Source: Cenarchaeum sp. (GTDB lineage Archaea; Thermoproteota; Nitrososphaeria; Nitrososphaerales; Nitrosopumilaceae). From it: a stretch of DNA of 64,000 bases. Positions 52,454 through 64,000 of this stretch are shown here, one piece after another. The DNA lies in assembly GCA_963693095.2 (NCBI GenBank), contig OY843768.1, positions 512,001-576,000 of the forward strand, written 5' to 3'. Each line of letters begins with the position of its first letter. Position 1 is the stretch's first letter. Below the pieces are notes generated by a model, which was given only the letters and a program-made list of their open reading frames with translations, was not told the DNA's origin and ran no database searches. Both the position numbers and the translations under genes were made by a program.

Positions 52454-55400
52454 TCAAGCGGTCAGTAACGGACACAAAGGGCCACATGTACGCCCCCGTG
52501 CCCAACACCGGCGGCCCGCACACCGACAACGGCGACATCACGGTCCTGAGGGGTGACACGGCGGCCCCGCTGGCCACAATGATAGTGGTCAGCGTCCACG
52601 ATGGCCCCGCCACGGTCCCGGCAAAGACCGGCGAGCACGCGCCCTTTGCCGGCGTCGGCGACACGGTGCGCATCGCGCTCACGCTCGACGAGGCCGCCGT
52701 CGGCGCGCCAGAGATAACGGTCGCCGGCGCGACGCGCGCGATGACAAGCACGGGTGCCGCCGGCGCAATGGAGTGGTTCTATGACCTCCTAGTGGTGGCC
52801 GCCGCCCCCGGGACGCCCGCCACGCCCGAGGTTGACGGTGCCCCCGAGATGGGCTCCACGCCCCCGACGCCTGCGACTCCCGAGGAGGCCATGCTCTCGT
52901 TCTCTATATCCGTCACCGACGGCGTGAACGGGGGCACGATAACCGAGACGGCAGGCCACTCGGGCACTCTAACAGTCAGCCGCCCCGCCATAGACGTCAC
53001 GCCGCCGACGGCCTCGTCGGTCACGACGGCCGTGAGGCTTGCTAGCGCCGGCGCCGACGCGCCGGCGGGCACCGTGGCCGGCATCGGCGACCAGGTCCGC
53101 GTGACGCTCACGGCCAGCGAAGCGCTCGACGCGCAGACCTCCGACATTGCGCTCTTTGGCGCGCTCGCCGTGCCGGCCGACTCCGTCGCGCCCGCCGGCG
53201 CCAACGCGTACATCTACGTGCGCACGGTGGAGGCGACTGACGCCGACGGCGCGATCGAGTTCAGCCTGACGGTACGTGACAGGGCCGGCAACGAGGCGGC
53301 CGCGCCGGCGACGCACGCCACGGCGACTGAGCGCGTGAGCGTCGACGCCACGGCGCCGACGCTCGAGTCGGCCAGGACGACGTCGACTGCGACCCTGGAG
53401 GTCACGCTCTCCGAGGACGTCACGGGAACGAGCGCCGACGGCGACTGGGCAGTCGCCGGCGCCACAGGGGTCGAGTTCGTGTCGGCCTCGGGCAGGATCG
53501 TGACGCTGCGGTACGACATCGCGGCGACGTCATTTGCGCCGATAGTCACGTACTCGGGCACGATCCTGGCCGACTCGCAGGGCAACCCGCTGCGCGCAGG
53601 CTCGGTGACGGCCGCTGACGGCGTGGCACCAACGCTGGCCCGCGCGGCCTTTGCGTCCGGCGGCACGACTGTGACGATGCTCTTTAGCGAGGCGATCGCC
53701 ACGCCGCTGCACCACCAGCTCTCCCTTGCACTGTCAAGCGATGTGCAGGGCACGCCCTCCCCGCGAACCGGTCCGGCGACGGCCTCGGGCAGCACGATAA
53801 CGTTCCCGCTGACGATCGCCGTCTCGTCGGTGGCCGACGGCACGGTGTTCAGGGTGGCAGTCGTCGCGGGCTCCATAGTGGATGCCGGCGGCAACGCGTA
53901 CGCCGAGGACGCCATGAACCCCGCGACGGCTACGTACGACCCCACGGCGCCGACGTTCACCGCCGAGTTCACCGGCGCACGCACCGTCGTGCTGACCTTT
54001 GATGACGTTCTCGCGGAGGCTACGGTCACTGCCGCCAACTTTGGCGTGACGGTGCCCAACGCGACTCCCGGCGGCGCCCCCGTCAGCGTCGCGCTGGACT
54101 CTGACAGCCCAGTTGCCTACGCCTCCGGCTCGGTGACAGTCACGCTTACGCTCGCCGGCGACGCGACGCAGGGCGTGGTCCACACAGTCACCCCGAAGGC
54201 CTCGCTGACCAACAGTGCGCACGTGCCGTACGCCGCCGGCGGCGTCGAGGCCACGCGCGCGATCACCGACATGACCGCACCTACGGCAAGCTCGATAGCC
54301 TTTGAGGTGTACGACGGCACGCCGGATGCCGGCACGCTAAAGACCGGCGACAGCGAGCTGCTCGCAAGCGACGGGGACACGATCCGCCTGATACTGACGC
54401 TCAACGAGGACGCCGCCGGCACGCCGACGATAGAGGTGGACGGCCTGACGGCGGCGGGTACCGCGATGGGCGACAACGGCGACGCGCTGGCCACGACGTG
54501 GCACCACGACCTGCTCGTGACGACCTCCCCGGGCGAGGCGGCCTTTACGTTCACGATCAAGGCGGCTGACGCGGCGGGCAACTCGGAGCCCATAACGCAG
54601 GCCGCCGGCCTGGCCTCCGGAGTCACCGTCAGCGTGCCGACCATAGACCTGACTGCGCCGACGGCGACTGCGGAGTTCACGGCGGCCAGGACGCTAGTCA
54701 TCACGGCAGGCGAGGCGCTACTCAACACGAAGGCGCAGGTGGAGGGCTATACGTTCGCCGTGAGCGCCGGAGGCAGCACCGTCTCGCTGGCCACGGCGGA
54801 CCCGGCGGCTGACCCGCCGGTGATGCCCATCGTCTATGACGCGACGACCCGCACGATCACGCTCACGCTGGCCGCCGACGCGGCCGCCGCCGAGCACACA
54901 GTCACGCTACCGGCGGGCCTGGCCGACCTTGCCGGCAACGCGTTTGCCTCGGGCGCCACGACGAGCGCGACGTACACGGCAGACGCGCCGGACACTACTG
55001 CGCCAACGTTCAGCGCAAGCCTCACGTCTGCGAGCACCGTGACGATCACGTTTACCGAGGCTGTCAGCGGCACGACGGCGCCGGCCGAGTGGACCGTCGC
55101 CGGCTCGACAGTCATCACGGTCACGCCCTCCTCGCCGTCCTCGGTTGACGAGGTCGTCCTCACGCTGTCGGCCTCGCGCGTGGGCACGGCACTGGCCGAC
55201 CCAGACGGTGATGGCCCGCTCGAGGAGATCACGCCGGCAAGCGTGGTCTATGCGCGCCCTGCGGCGGACTCGGCGACTACGTCTAACACGCTCGCCGACG
55301 GCGCTGCCAACGACCTTGCCGCCGCCGGCATGAGGGCCACGGCCACGGCAGTGACTGACGGCGCTTCACCGACGGCCAGGGCGGCCTTTTTGGGCAGCGC

Positions 55401-58400
55401 GATCGTCATCCTGTTCAGTGAGCCGGTCAACGGAGTGCCGGCCACGCTGGGCCTCACGCCGCCGGCCGGCTCGACTGTCACTGGCGGCCAGCTTGGAGCA
55501 GACCACGCCGACGGCACCGCCAGGGCGTCAGTCGCGATCTCCTCGCCAGATGGCGGCGAGTACTCTGTCGCGCTGCCCACGGGCATAGATGACGCCTCGG
55601 ACAACGAGCTCGCCGCCGTCTCGGTGACTGCCACGTACGCGGAGGACACGTCGGCGCCTACGTTCAGCGCCGAGCTGACCTCGGCGCAGACCGTGAGGAT
55701 CACGTTCAACGAGGCCGTCTTTGGCGTGACTGTCGGCTCCGAGTGGGCAGTCGCCGGCTCGACAGTCAGCACTGTGGTGCCGTCCTCGCCCTTTGATGCC
55801 ACAGAGATCGTCCTCACGCTGTCGGCCTCGCGCGTGGGCACGGCACTAGAAGACCCAGACGGTGATGGCCCGCTCACGGAGATCACGACGGCGAACGTGG
55901 TCTATACGCGCCCGTCGACGGGTGATGACACGCTCCGGAACTCGGCAGAGCTCCGCCTTGCAGCCGCCGCCGGCGGCTCGACATCTGCCACGGCCGTCAC
56001 CGACAAGGCCGCGCCGACGTTCACGGCGCGCACGGCGACCACGACGACAGTCGCCGTCACGTTCAGCGAGCTTATACACAACTCGGGGGAGTTCGGTGAG
56101 AAATGGGAGAACGTGGCTCACTGGAGGGTGGACGGTGCCATGCCGACTGGGGTCATGGCGGCCAACACGACGTCTGCCACGATCTACACGCTCACGGTGG
56201 GGGCGGCCTTTGGCGTGGACGCCACGCCGTCGATCCTCTACGTGCGCCCCTCCGTTTACTACCTCTCTGACGCGCTGGCTGATAGCTCAGCTGACTTGCC
56301 CGACGCCAACCACGTCCTGTCTACGCCTGCCGACATGCCAATAGTCGCCTCTGACGGCATCACCCCGCCCGTCGCAGTAGACCCCTTCACGGCAGCCACT
56401 GCGAGCCTCACGACGACGCTCGTGACCTTTACTGGCAGCGCGCTCACCGGCACGCTCGACGTGACGAACTGGACGGTCACCGACAACGACACGGCCGACT
56501 CGATGAATGTGGAGCACACGCCATCTAGCGTGGCGACTGCTGCGGCTGACGGCACCCCGACGTCGACTGCGGCCACGGCGAGCACCCCGATTGCCATACC
56601 GAACGGCTCCACTGCCAAGCACCTGCTCATCACGCACCCCGAGCTCTCCTCGACGGCGGCCACGCCGCAAGTCGCGTATGAAAAGCCCGGCACCAGGCCG
56701 ACCGGCGGGTTCCTCGCCGAGGGCACCTCGGATGTCGCCACGCGCGACACTGCGGCGACTGACGGCGCGCCTCCGACATTCACCGCCGAGTTCGACGGCG
56801 CCACCACGATCACCGTGGAGTTCAGCGAGGCCGTGACCGAGGTTACCGCGGGCTGGTCGGCGAGCGGCGGCCTTTCGGTGTCGACCGTGGGCTTTGACGA
56901 CGACACGTACACGCTCACCGTCTCTGGCGCGACTGACGGCACAACGTACACGGTCAGCGCGCCTGGCACGATCAAGGACAAGGCCACGCCGACGGCCAAC
57001 ACGATAGACGCCGACGAGGATGCAGACGCGACGTACACGGCGCCGCCGGAGGCCTTGACTGTGGCCTTTTCGGCGTACAACGAGCTCCGCGTGACCTTTG
57101 GCTATGACATAGTGGAGTCGTCGATCCCGTCAACGCTGACGGTGACGCCGGCCATAGGCACAGCGACGGCGCACGCGGCGAACGCCGACCCCGACGACGC
57201 CAGGACGATCATAGTCAGCCTTGGCGGCGGCGCGGCGGATCAGACCGCGTACACAGTCACGCTGCCTGCCGCAATATCGCGCACCGACGGCGTCGCGTTT
57301 AACGGCGCCACGGGCAGCGCCGCCGTGCCGGTGTCCGTCGAGCGCGAAGGCGGCGTGGGCGATGCCTCGCGGGTGGTCCTGGTGTTCCATTATGACGCGC
57401 CGGACATGCGCACGCTGGCCGGCATGGCCGCGCCCACGGACTCTGAGGGGTGGGGCACGCTGCGCGTCACGCCAGTGCGCGGCGACCTGCCGGGCAGCGT
57501 GGCGCTCGGCGCGGCGTTTGACGCCAGGGTCACGACAAGCGGCTCGACACCCGACGGATCGCGGATCAGCGTCCATGTCGACCCGTCGCACTTTGCGCTC
57601 GCGACGCCGCAGTCCTACGAGATCGTGCTCCCGTCGTCGCTCAAAGAGCACGTCGCAGGCGATGACACGCCGGCTGACAACGACTCCCTCCTGGCGATAC
57701 CCTTTACGTTCACGACTGAGGCGCATCCGGCGTTCACGGCTGAAATCGTCTCGCCCACGCGAATCGACGTCACGTTCACCGGCCCTGTCGGCGTATTCGA
57801 CGATTTCGATATCGGCAACTATGAGGATGATGACGACCACCCTGACGGCGAGATATTTGTGCCGTACCAGACGCTGCCTGCGCACTGGATCATCGACCAG
57901 ACCCCCGGCGACCTGCCCGCGGTGAACGCGAACGTGGCGAGCAGGGACAACACGGTGGTCTTTTCGGCCGCAGAGCTCGTGTTCGGCGAGTTTCCAGAGG
58001 ATGGCGCCATGACCATGCGGCTGACCCTGCAGGAGTCTGACGCGCTGCTGCCCGATGCGGCGCCCGTGATCCGCTACTCGCCCAGGGTTCCGTTTGCCGT
58101 GGATCGTGACGGGTACTATCTGGTTGCCGTGGACCCCGTGTTTGGCGCTAACGAGGACCGACCCGTGCTCCCGTTCACGACGGCCGTGGCGCCGGACACG
58201 ACGGCTCCGACGTTTAGCGCCGAGCTCACGTCGGCTAGCACGGTAAAGATCACCTTTACCGAGGACGTCGACGGCACGACGGCGGCCTCCGAGTGGAGCT
58301 TTGACGGCACTGCACCGGCCTCGCTCTCGCTGACGGCCACCGGCGGGACCGAGACCGGAGACCTGGTGTTCACCGCGGCCGCCAACGAGCTCTACCTCGC

Positions 58401-61400
58401 CCTCGCCTCCGCGCGCGCTAGCACCGCCCTGGGCACACTGGCCGCCTCGGACGTCACGTACACCCCGCGCAGCACGGGCGCGCTGGTCGACACGGCGGAC
58501 AACGCGTTCGTGCTGGTCAGCGGCATGGTCGAGGCCACGGCGATAGCCGACAGTGCGACGCCGACGTTCAGAGCCGAGTTCGACGGCGCCACGACGATCA
58601 CCGTGGAGTTCAGCGAGGACGTGACTAAGGTTCTGTCGACGGATCCGGCGGAGGGCTGGTCGACGTCTGGCCTGTCCGTGTCAAACGTAGCCCACGCAGG
58701 CGCCGAGTACACGCTCACCGTCTCGGCTGCCACGTCCGGCACGCAGTACACGATCAACCTGGCAGACGACATCGCCGACATCGCCACGCCGGCCAACGCG
58801 ATAGGCGACGGCGCCATGACGACGGCGACGTACACGGCGCCTGACCCCTTCGCGGCCGCCACTGCGAGCCTCACGACGACGCTAGTGACCTTTGACGGCG
58901 GCGCGCTGGCCGGCACGCTCGACGTGGAGGACTGGACGGTCACGGACAACGACACCGGCTCGGCGGACGCGGAGCTGGTCATATCGAGCGTGGCGACGGC
59001 TGCGGCCGACGGCACCGCGACGTCGACTGCGGCCACGGCGGACACCCCGGCCGGCATACCGGGCGCCTCGACTGTCACGCGCCTGCTCATCACGCACGAC
59101 GCGCTCTCCTCGACTGGCGCCACGCCGCGCGTCGACTATGCCGGCGGCGACCTCAAGGAGGGCGGCGCCAGCGGCACCAGCGTCGACGACGGCGGTGCAG
59201 ACGCGACTGATGGCGTAGCGCCGACGTTCACCGCCGAGGGGTCGAAACAAGACCGCATCTACACCGTGACCTTCTCCGAGCCCGTCTCGCTGGCCACCGG
59301 CAAGACGCCGCCGACGGCGGCCGACTGGACGTTCACCGGCACCGGCATTGCTAGAGGCCGTGCTACTCCGGCCACGTTTGCGATCACGCCTGGAGCGTAT
59401 TCGCCCCCTGACCGCGTCAACGATACGCCGGCTAGCGGTTATGCCCTCAACCTGGCCGAGGACGAGGCAACGATGGTGCCAAGTCAGAGAACAGGCGGCG
59501 GCCGAAACGCCGTCTCATTCGCTACTCTTTTCGACAGTACGATCATGCTCGTGTTTAGAGCTGCCGACGACACCAGGATGAACTCGATAGTCGACGACGC
59601 CGGCAACGCGCTGGCCGACGGAACATCGGTACAGCCAGAGGAGGACACGACGGCGCCGGACTTTACTGCCCGCACGAGCACCCTGACGCAAACGAGGGTA
59701 ACGTTCACCGAGGACGTCACGGGCACCACCCGCATCGGCGACTGGTCGATCACTGACGGGAGCTCCCAGATAACCATCACGGGCATTGTCACCGTTGACA
59801 CTGCCACCGGTGATACCACCTCGTCAACCACACACGAGAATCCTAGTGGCGTGACCTTTATCCACACCAGCCTCGCCTCGACGGGCGCCGAGCCGACAGT
59901 CTCGTACACCAGGCCGTCTGAGTCGGGTACCGGAACGCTGGCCGACCGCGCGAACAACGTCATGGGCACCGTCAGCACGCCACTGGAGCGTACGGCAGAC
60001 GACGGGGTCACGCCGGTTGCGAATGCGGGTCGCTTTACGTCGGCCAACACAGTCGAGGTTGACTTTGGCGAGGCCATGGCGGCGCCGACCACCCAGACGC
60101 TGACGGCCACGCTCGAGGGCACGCAGACGACCATAGTGGACAACGGCAGCCCCGCGTTCTCCACCCCGCCTAGTGGCGTGGCCAACTCGCGCCTGACGTT
60201 CACGCTGGTCTCCAACGCCGCACAGGGCACCTACACGCTGGACCTGTCGACTGCCATAGAGGACGCCAACGGCGTGAGAGTGGCCCAAAGCGCCGAGCTG
60301 ACAGGCGTGCGAAACGACAATGTGGCACCGACGCTGGTCCAGGCACAGTTTGCCTCCGCGCAGAGCGTGACGTTGCTCTTTAGCGAGGCGATAGAGCCGA
60401 CGCTGCCAGACGGGCTGACGTTCACGCTGGCCGGCACGCCGACTGTCACTGCCGGCACGGCGACAGTCGATGACAGGACGATAACGATCCCCGTGACGTC
60501 TAGCCTCACGGCCGCCAACGACGGGACAGAGTACACGCTGGGGATTAGCGGAGGCGCCATAGAGGACCTCGCCGGCAACGACTATGTCGCCACGGCCCCA
60601 GTGACCATAACGTATGACACGACTGCGCCGACGTTCACCGCTGCGATCACCGGCCCGAGGGTCATTGACCTGACGTTCAGCGACGCCCTCGCGCCTGCGA
60701 CAGTCGTGGGCGCCAACTTTGCGGTGACGACGCCTGACGGCGACGACGCTGACAGCATAGCCGAGACTGTCGCGCTGTCCAGCACAACCCCTGTCGCTTA
60801 TACTGCAGGCGAAAGGACAGTCAGGCTCAACCTCGCCGGTGACGTCATCTCGGCGGTTCACACCGTCACGCCGAGCACAGAGCTCGCCAACGCCGCATAC
60901 CTGCCGTACGCCGCCGGCGGCGTCGTGGCCACGCGCAGCCCGGCGCCCGTGGCGACTGCGATAACAGTCACCGTTCACGACGGCGATCCGGCCACGGTTG
61001 CGGCAAAGACGGGCATCGCTGCAGGCTTTGCCGGCATTGATGACACAATCCGCGTCGCGGTCACGCTTGACAAGGACGCAGTCGGCACGCCGACAATAGA
61101 CATCAACGGGAACACCGGCGCGTCCATGGTGAGCACCGGCGGCAGCGACGCAAAGACGTGGCACTATGACCTCGCCGTGTCAACAGGGACGGCCGAGACG
61201 ACATCGCTGGACTTTACGATCAGAGTCACCGACGGGACGACTGCGGGCACGATAACGCCGACGAGCGGCCACTCGGCCTCGCTGACTGTGCCCCGGCCGT
61301 CCATAGACGTCACGCTGCCGACGGCGACGTCAGTCACCACGAGCGTCAGGTTCGGAGCCTCGACTGCCGACGAGCCATCGGGCACAGTGGCCGGCATCGG

Positions 61401-64000
61401 CGACAGGCTTCTCGTCACGCTCGTGGCAAGCGAGTTCATCGACGCGACGACAGGTGACATTACGCTCTTTGGTCGGACCGGCGCGAGTGCGGTGAACGCC
61501 GACAGATTCTTCTCTGACTCTGGACCCACCGGAGTCGCGTACGAGCGCGTGATACAGGCGACTGACGCCGACGGCGTGATCGAGTTTAGCATCACGTTCC
61601 GCGACCGTGCCGGCAACGAGGTGGCCGCGCCGGTGACGCACGCCACGGCTACTGCGCGCGTGAGCGTCGACGCCACGGCGCCGACCCTCGAGTCTGCTGC
61701 GACGACTTCGACTGAGACCCTGGAGGTCACGCTCTCCAAGGCCGTCACGGGCGCCGGCGTCAACGCCGAGTGGTCTGCAGTGGACGGCACGACGGCGGCT
61801 GCGATCTCCGACGTCGACGTCTCGGGCGTCACGGTGACGCTCACGTACGCGACGATCACCGACACGTCATTTGCGCCGACAGTCACGTACACGGGCACGG
61901 GACTGGCCGACTCGGCCCGCAACGCGCTTGGCGGCGCCCCCGTCACCGCCGATGACGGCCTGAACCCAACGGCCAAGGCGGCCTTCTCGGGCAACGTGAT
62001 CACGATAACGTTCAGCGAGCCGGTCAACGGCGTGCCGGACACGCTGCAGGTCACGCCGCCGGGCGCGTCGGCCGTCCAGCTTGGCGCCGACCATGACGAC
62101 GGAGATTCGACGGCGACTGTCGAGATCGACTCGCCGGAGTCTGGCGAGTACACAGTCGCCCTGCCGTCTGGCATAGACGACGAGGCTGACAACGTGCTGG
62201 CCGCCGGGGACGTGCGCGCGACGTACACGCCCGCCGTGCCAACGGCGACTGCCGTGGCGTACACGGTCCTTGATGGGAGCACGGCCAACGCGAGGCCTGA
62301 CCCGTACGCCTCCCACGCGCGCGCCGGCGACACGATCAGGCTCTCGATCACTCTTGACGGCGAGGCGAGCTCGGTTAGCGTGCTCTTTGTGGGCAAGACA
62401 GACGATCCGGACATGACGGCAGACGACGCCAACACGGTTACCATGGTGCGCTTCGGGAGCACGAACGAGTGGCGCGCGTCATATGTCGTAGAGTCTGCAG
62501 GCTCCATAGACGGCGCGTTCACGTTTGACGCGACGGTGACGGCCGCCTCGGGCATGACGCGCCCTGTGGACGAGGCGACCCTGCCGACGCCGCTGCCTCC
62601 GACGATCGACCGCGTCGCGCCGACGGCGACGGTGACTGCGACTGTGAGGCTAGAGGACGCGACGGCAGACTCGACCACTGTCACGCTGGCCGGAATCGGC
62701 GATGACGTCCGCGTCAACGTGGCGGCCAGCGAGACGCTCGTCACGGCAGTCGGCGACATTGCGCTCTTTGGGACGACGACTCCCGCCGACTCGGTGGCCA
62801 CCGGCACGTCCAACGCGTACTCGTACGTGCGCACGATAGCCGCCTCGGACGCCGGCGGCGCGCTCATGTTCAGCCTGACGATAAGCGACACTGCGGGCAA
62901 CACGGCGACGCTCACGCAGGCCAACGTGGCATCGAACGTGACGGTTGACTCTGGCGCGCCGACGTTCAGCGCAGAGCTCACGTCGGCTAGCACAGTAAAG
63001 ATCACCTTTGTCGAGGCCGTCAGCGGCACGACAGCGCCCGGCGAGTGGGAAGTCACCGGCTCGTCCGTCGAGTCGATCTCGCTGGCGGAAGACGGGATGC
63101 CCGGGACGGGCGCCGTGACGCTCGATGAAACCGACGAGCTCTACATCACGCTCGCCTCCGCGCGCGCAAGCACCGACCTTGGAGGCCTGGCCGCCTCGGG
63201 CGTCGCGTACGTGCCGCTCGCAGCCGGCACGCTAGTCGACCTGGCCGGCAACGCGTTCGTGACGGTCAACGGCAAGGTTGCGGCCACGGCCCTGGCCGAC
63301 AAGGCCGCCCCGACGTTCACCGCCGAGTTCGACGGCGCGACCACGATCACCGTGACGTTCAGAGAGGCTGTGACTGCGGTTACCACGGGCTGGTCGGCGA
63401 GCGGCGGTCTCACGGTGTCAAACGCGGCCCCTGACGCCGACGACGCCACCACGTACACGCTCACCGTCTCTGGCGCGACTGACGGCACAGGGTACACGAT
63501 AAGCGCGCCTGGCACGATCATGGACAAGGCCACGCCGCCCAACACGATAGAAGCCGGCGAGGAGGCCACCGCGACGTACACGGCGGCGCCCGCGCCGACG
63601 GCGACTGCCGTGGCGTACACGGTCCTTGAGGGGAGCACGGCCAACGCGAGGCCTGACCCGTACGCCTCGCACGCGCGCGAGGACGACACAATCAGGCTCT
63701 CGATCACGCTTGACGGCGAGGCGAGCTCGGTGAGCGTGCTCTTTGTGGGCAAGACAGCCACTGCTGACGCAGTCACGATGACCCAAGTCACCGGGACCAA
63801 CGAGTGGTTCGCGACGTATGTCGTAGAGTCTGCAGGCTCCATAGACGGCGCGTTCACGTTTGACGCGACGGTGACGGCCGCCTCGGGCTCGACGCGCCAG
63901 GTGGACGAGGCGACCGTGTCGGCGACGACGCCTCCGACGATCGACCGCGACGCGCCGACGGCGATGGTGACTGCGACTGTGAGGCTTGAGGGCCAGGGCA
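52252..64000 (+). CDS. Continuation of the giant repeat protein after an apparent 1-nt deletion; about 3,916 codons, open at the window end
   Basis: Frame +1 from 52252 reads EPSTATAANIAVYG..., completing the motif seen as FSEGLAQSTAVVANFGVYG (14630) and FSEGLAPLTAVAANFDVYG (22853). The same module types follow, and the window ends in-module (...AMVTATVRLEGQG). The ORF track lists no terminated ORF in this frame, consistent with no stop. Confidence 0.9.
62239..64000 (+). repeat. Repeated module pair (PTATAVAYTVL...PYASHAR...FVGKT... followed by TVTATVRLE...) at 62239 and 63595; related copy at about 45200
   Basis: ACGGCGACTGCCGTGGCGTACACGGTCCTTGA recurs 1,356 bp apart, with near-identical downstream sequence (ATGTCGTAGAGTCTGCAGGCTCCATAGACGGCGCGTTCACGTTTGACGCGACGGTGAC). 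Confidence 0.85.

Noticed and set aside
52253-52453. Arg/Pro/Ser-rich C-terminal tail of the 16,161-aa ORF as a real anchor or nucleic-acid-binding region
   Set aside because: It is the out-of-frame reading after the 1-nt deletion. The alternative frame restores the repeat motif.
43480-59650. Diversity-generating retroelement as the cause of the loop variation
   Set aside because: There is no reverse transcriptase or template repeat in the window, and the differences include indels and do not appear adenine-specific by eye. A DGR elsewhere in the genome cannot be excluded.
4241-63857. Many long minus-strand ORFs (e.g. 27535-30027, 830 aa; 31702-33978, 758 aa; 61164-63056, 630 aa)
   Set aside because: Antisense shadows of the GC-rich, codon-biased giant gene. 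Their translations are low-information V/A/S/T or Arg-rich strings with no motifs.

Overview
The window looks archaeal: TATA-like boxes sit about 23-31 nt upstream of three start codons, implying leaderless transcripts, and ATA and AGG codons are frequent. The first ~3.7 kb holds a 46-bp tandem repeat, a lower-GC minus-strand three-gene operon (ABC/AAA_15-21-type ATPase, then a YwgA/SocA-Panacea-like protein, then a small 2-TM protein, all with overlapping stop/start codons) and an 85-aa orphan ORF. The remaining ~60 kb is one divergently transcribed gene for a giant secreted, Thr/Ala/Ser/Asp-rich protein built from Ig-like/SwmB-like beta repeats. It starts with a signal peptide at 4070, runs uninterrupted for ~16,060 codons, has an apparent 1-nt deletion at ~52251, then continues in another frame with no stop to the window end. 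That gives at least ~19,970 aa with the C-terminus not yet reached. The gene is a mosaic of a few module types in higher-order repeats, with recent near-identical kb-scale duplications and conserved frameworks carrying hypervariable loops. No rRNA, tRNA, CRISPR array or transposase was recognised. Family assignments come from motif recognition by eye, not database searches.
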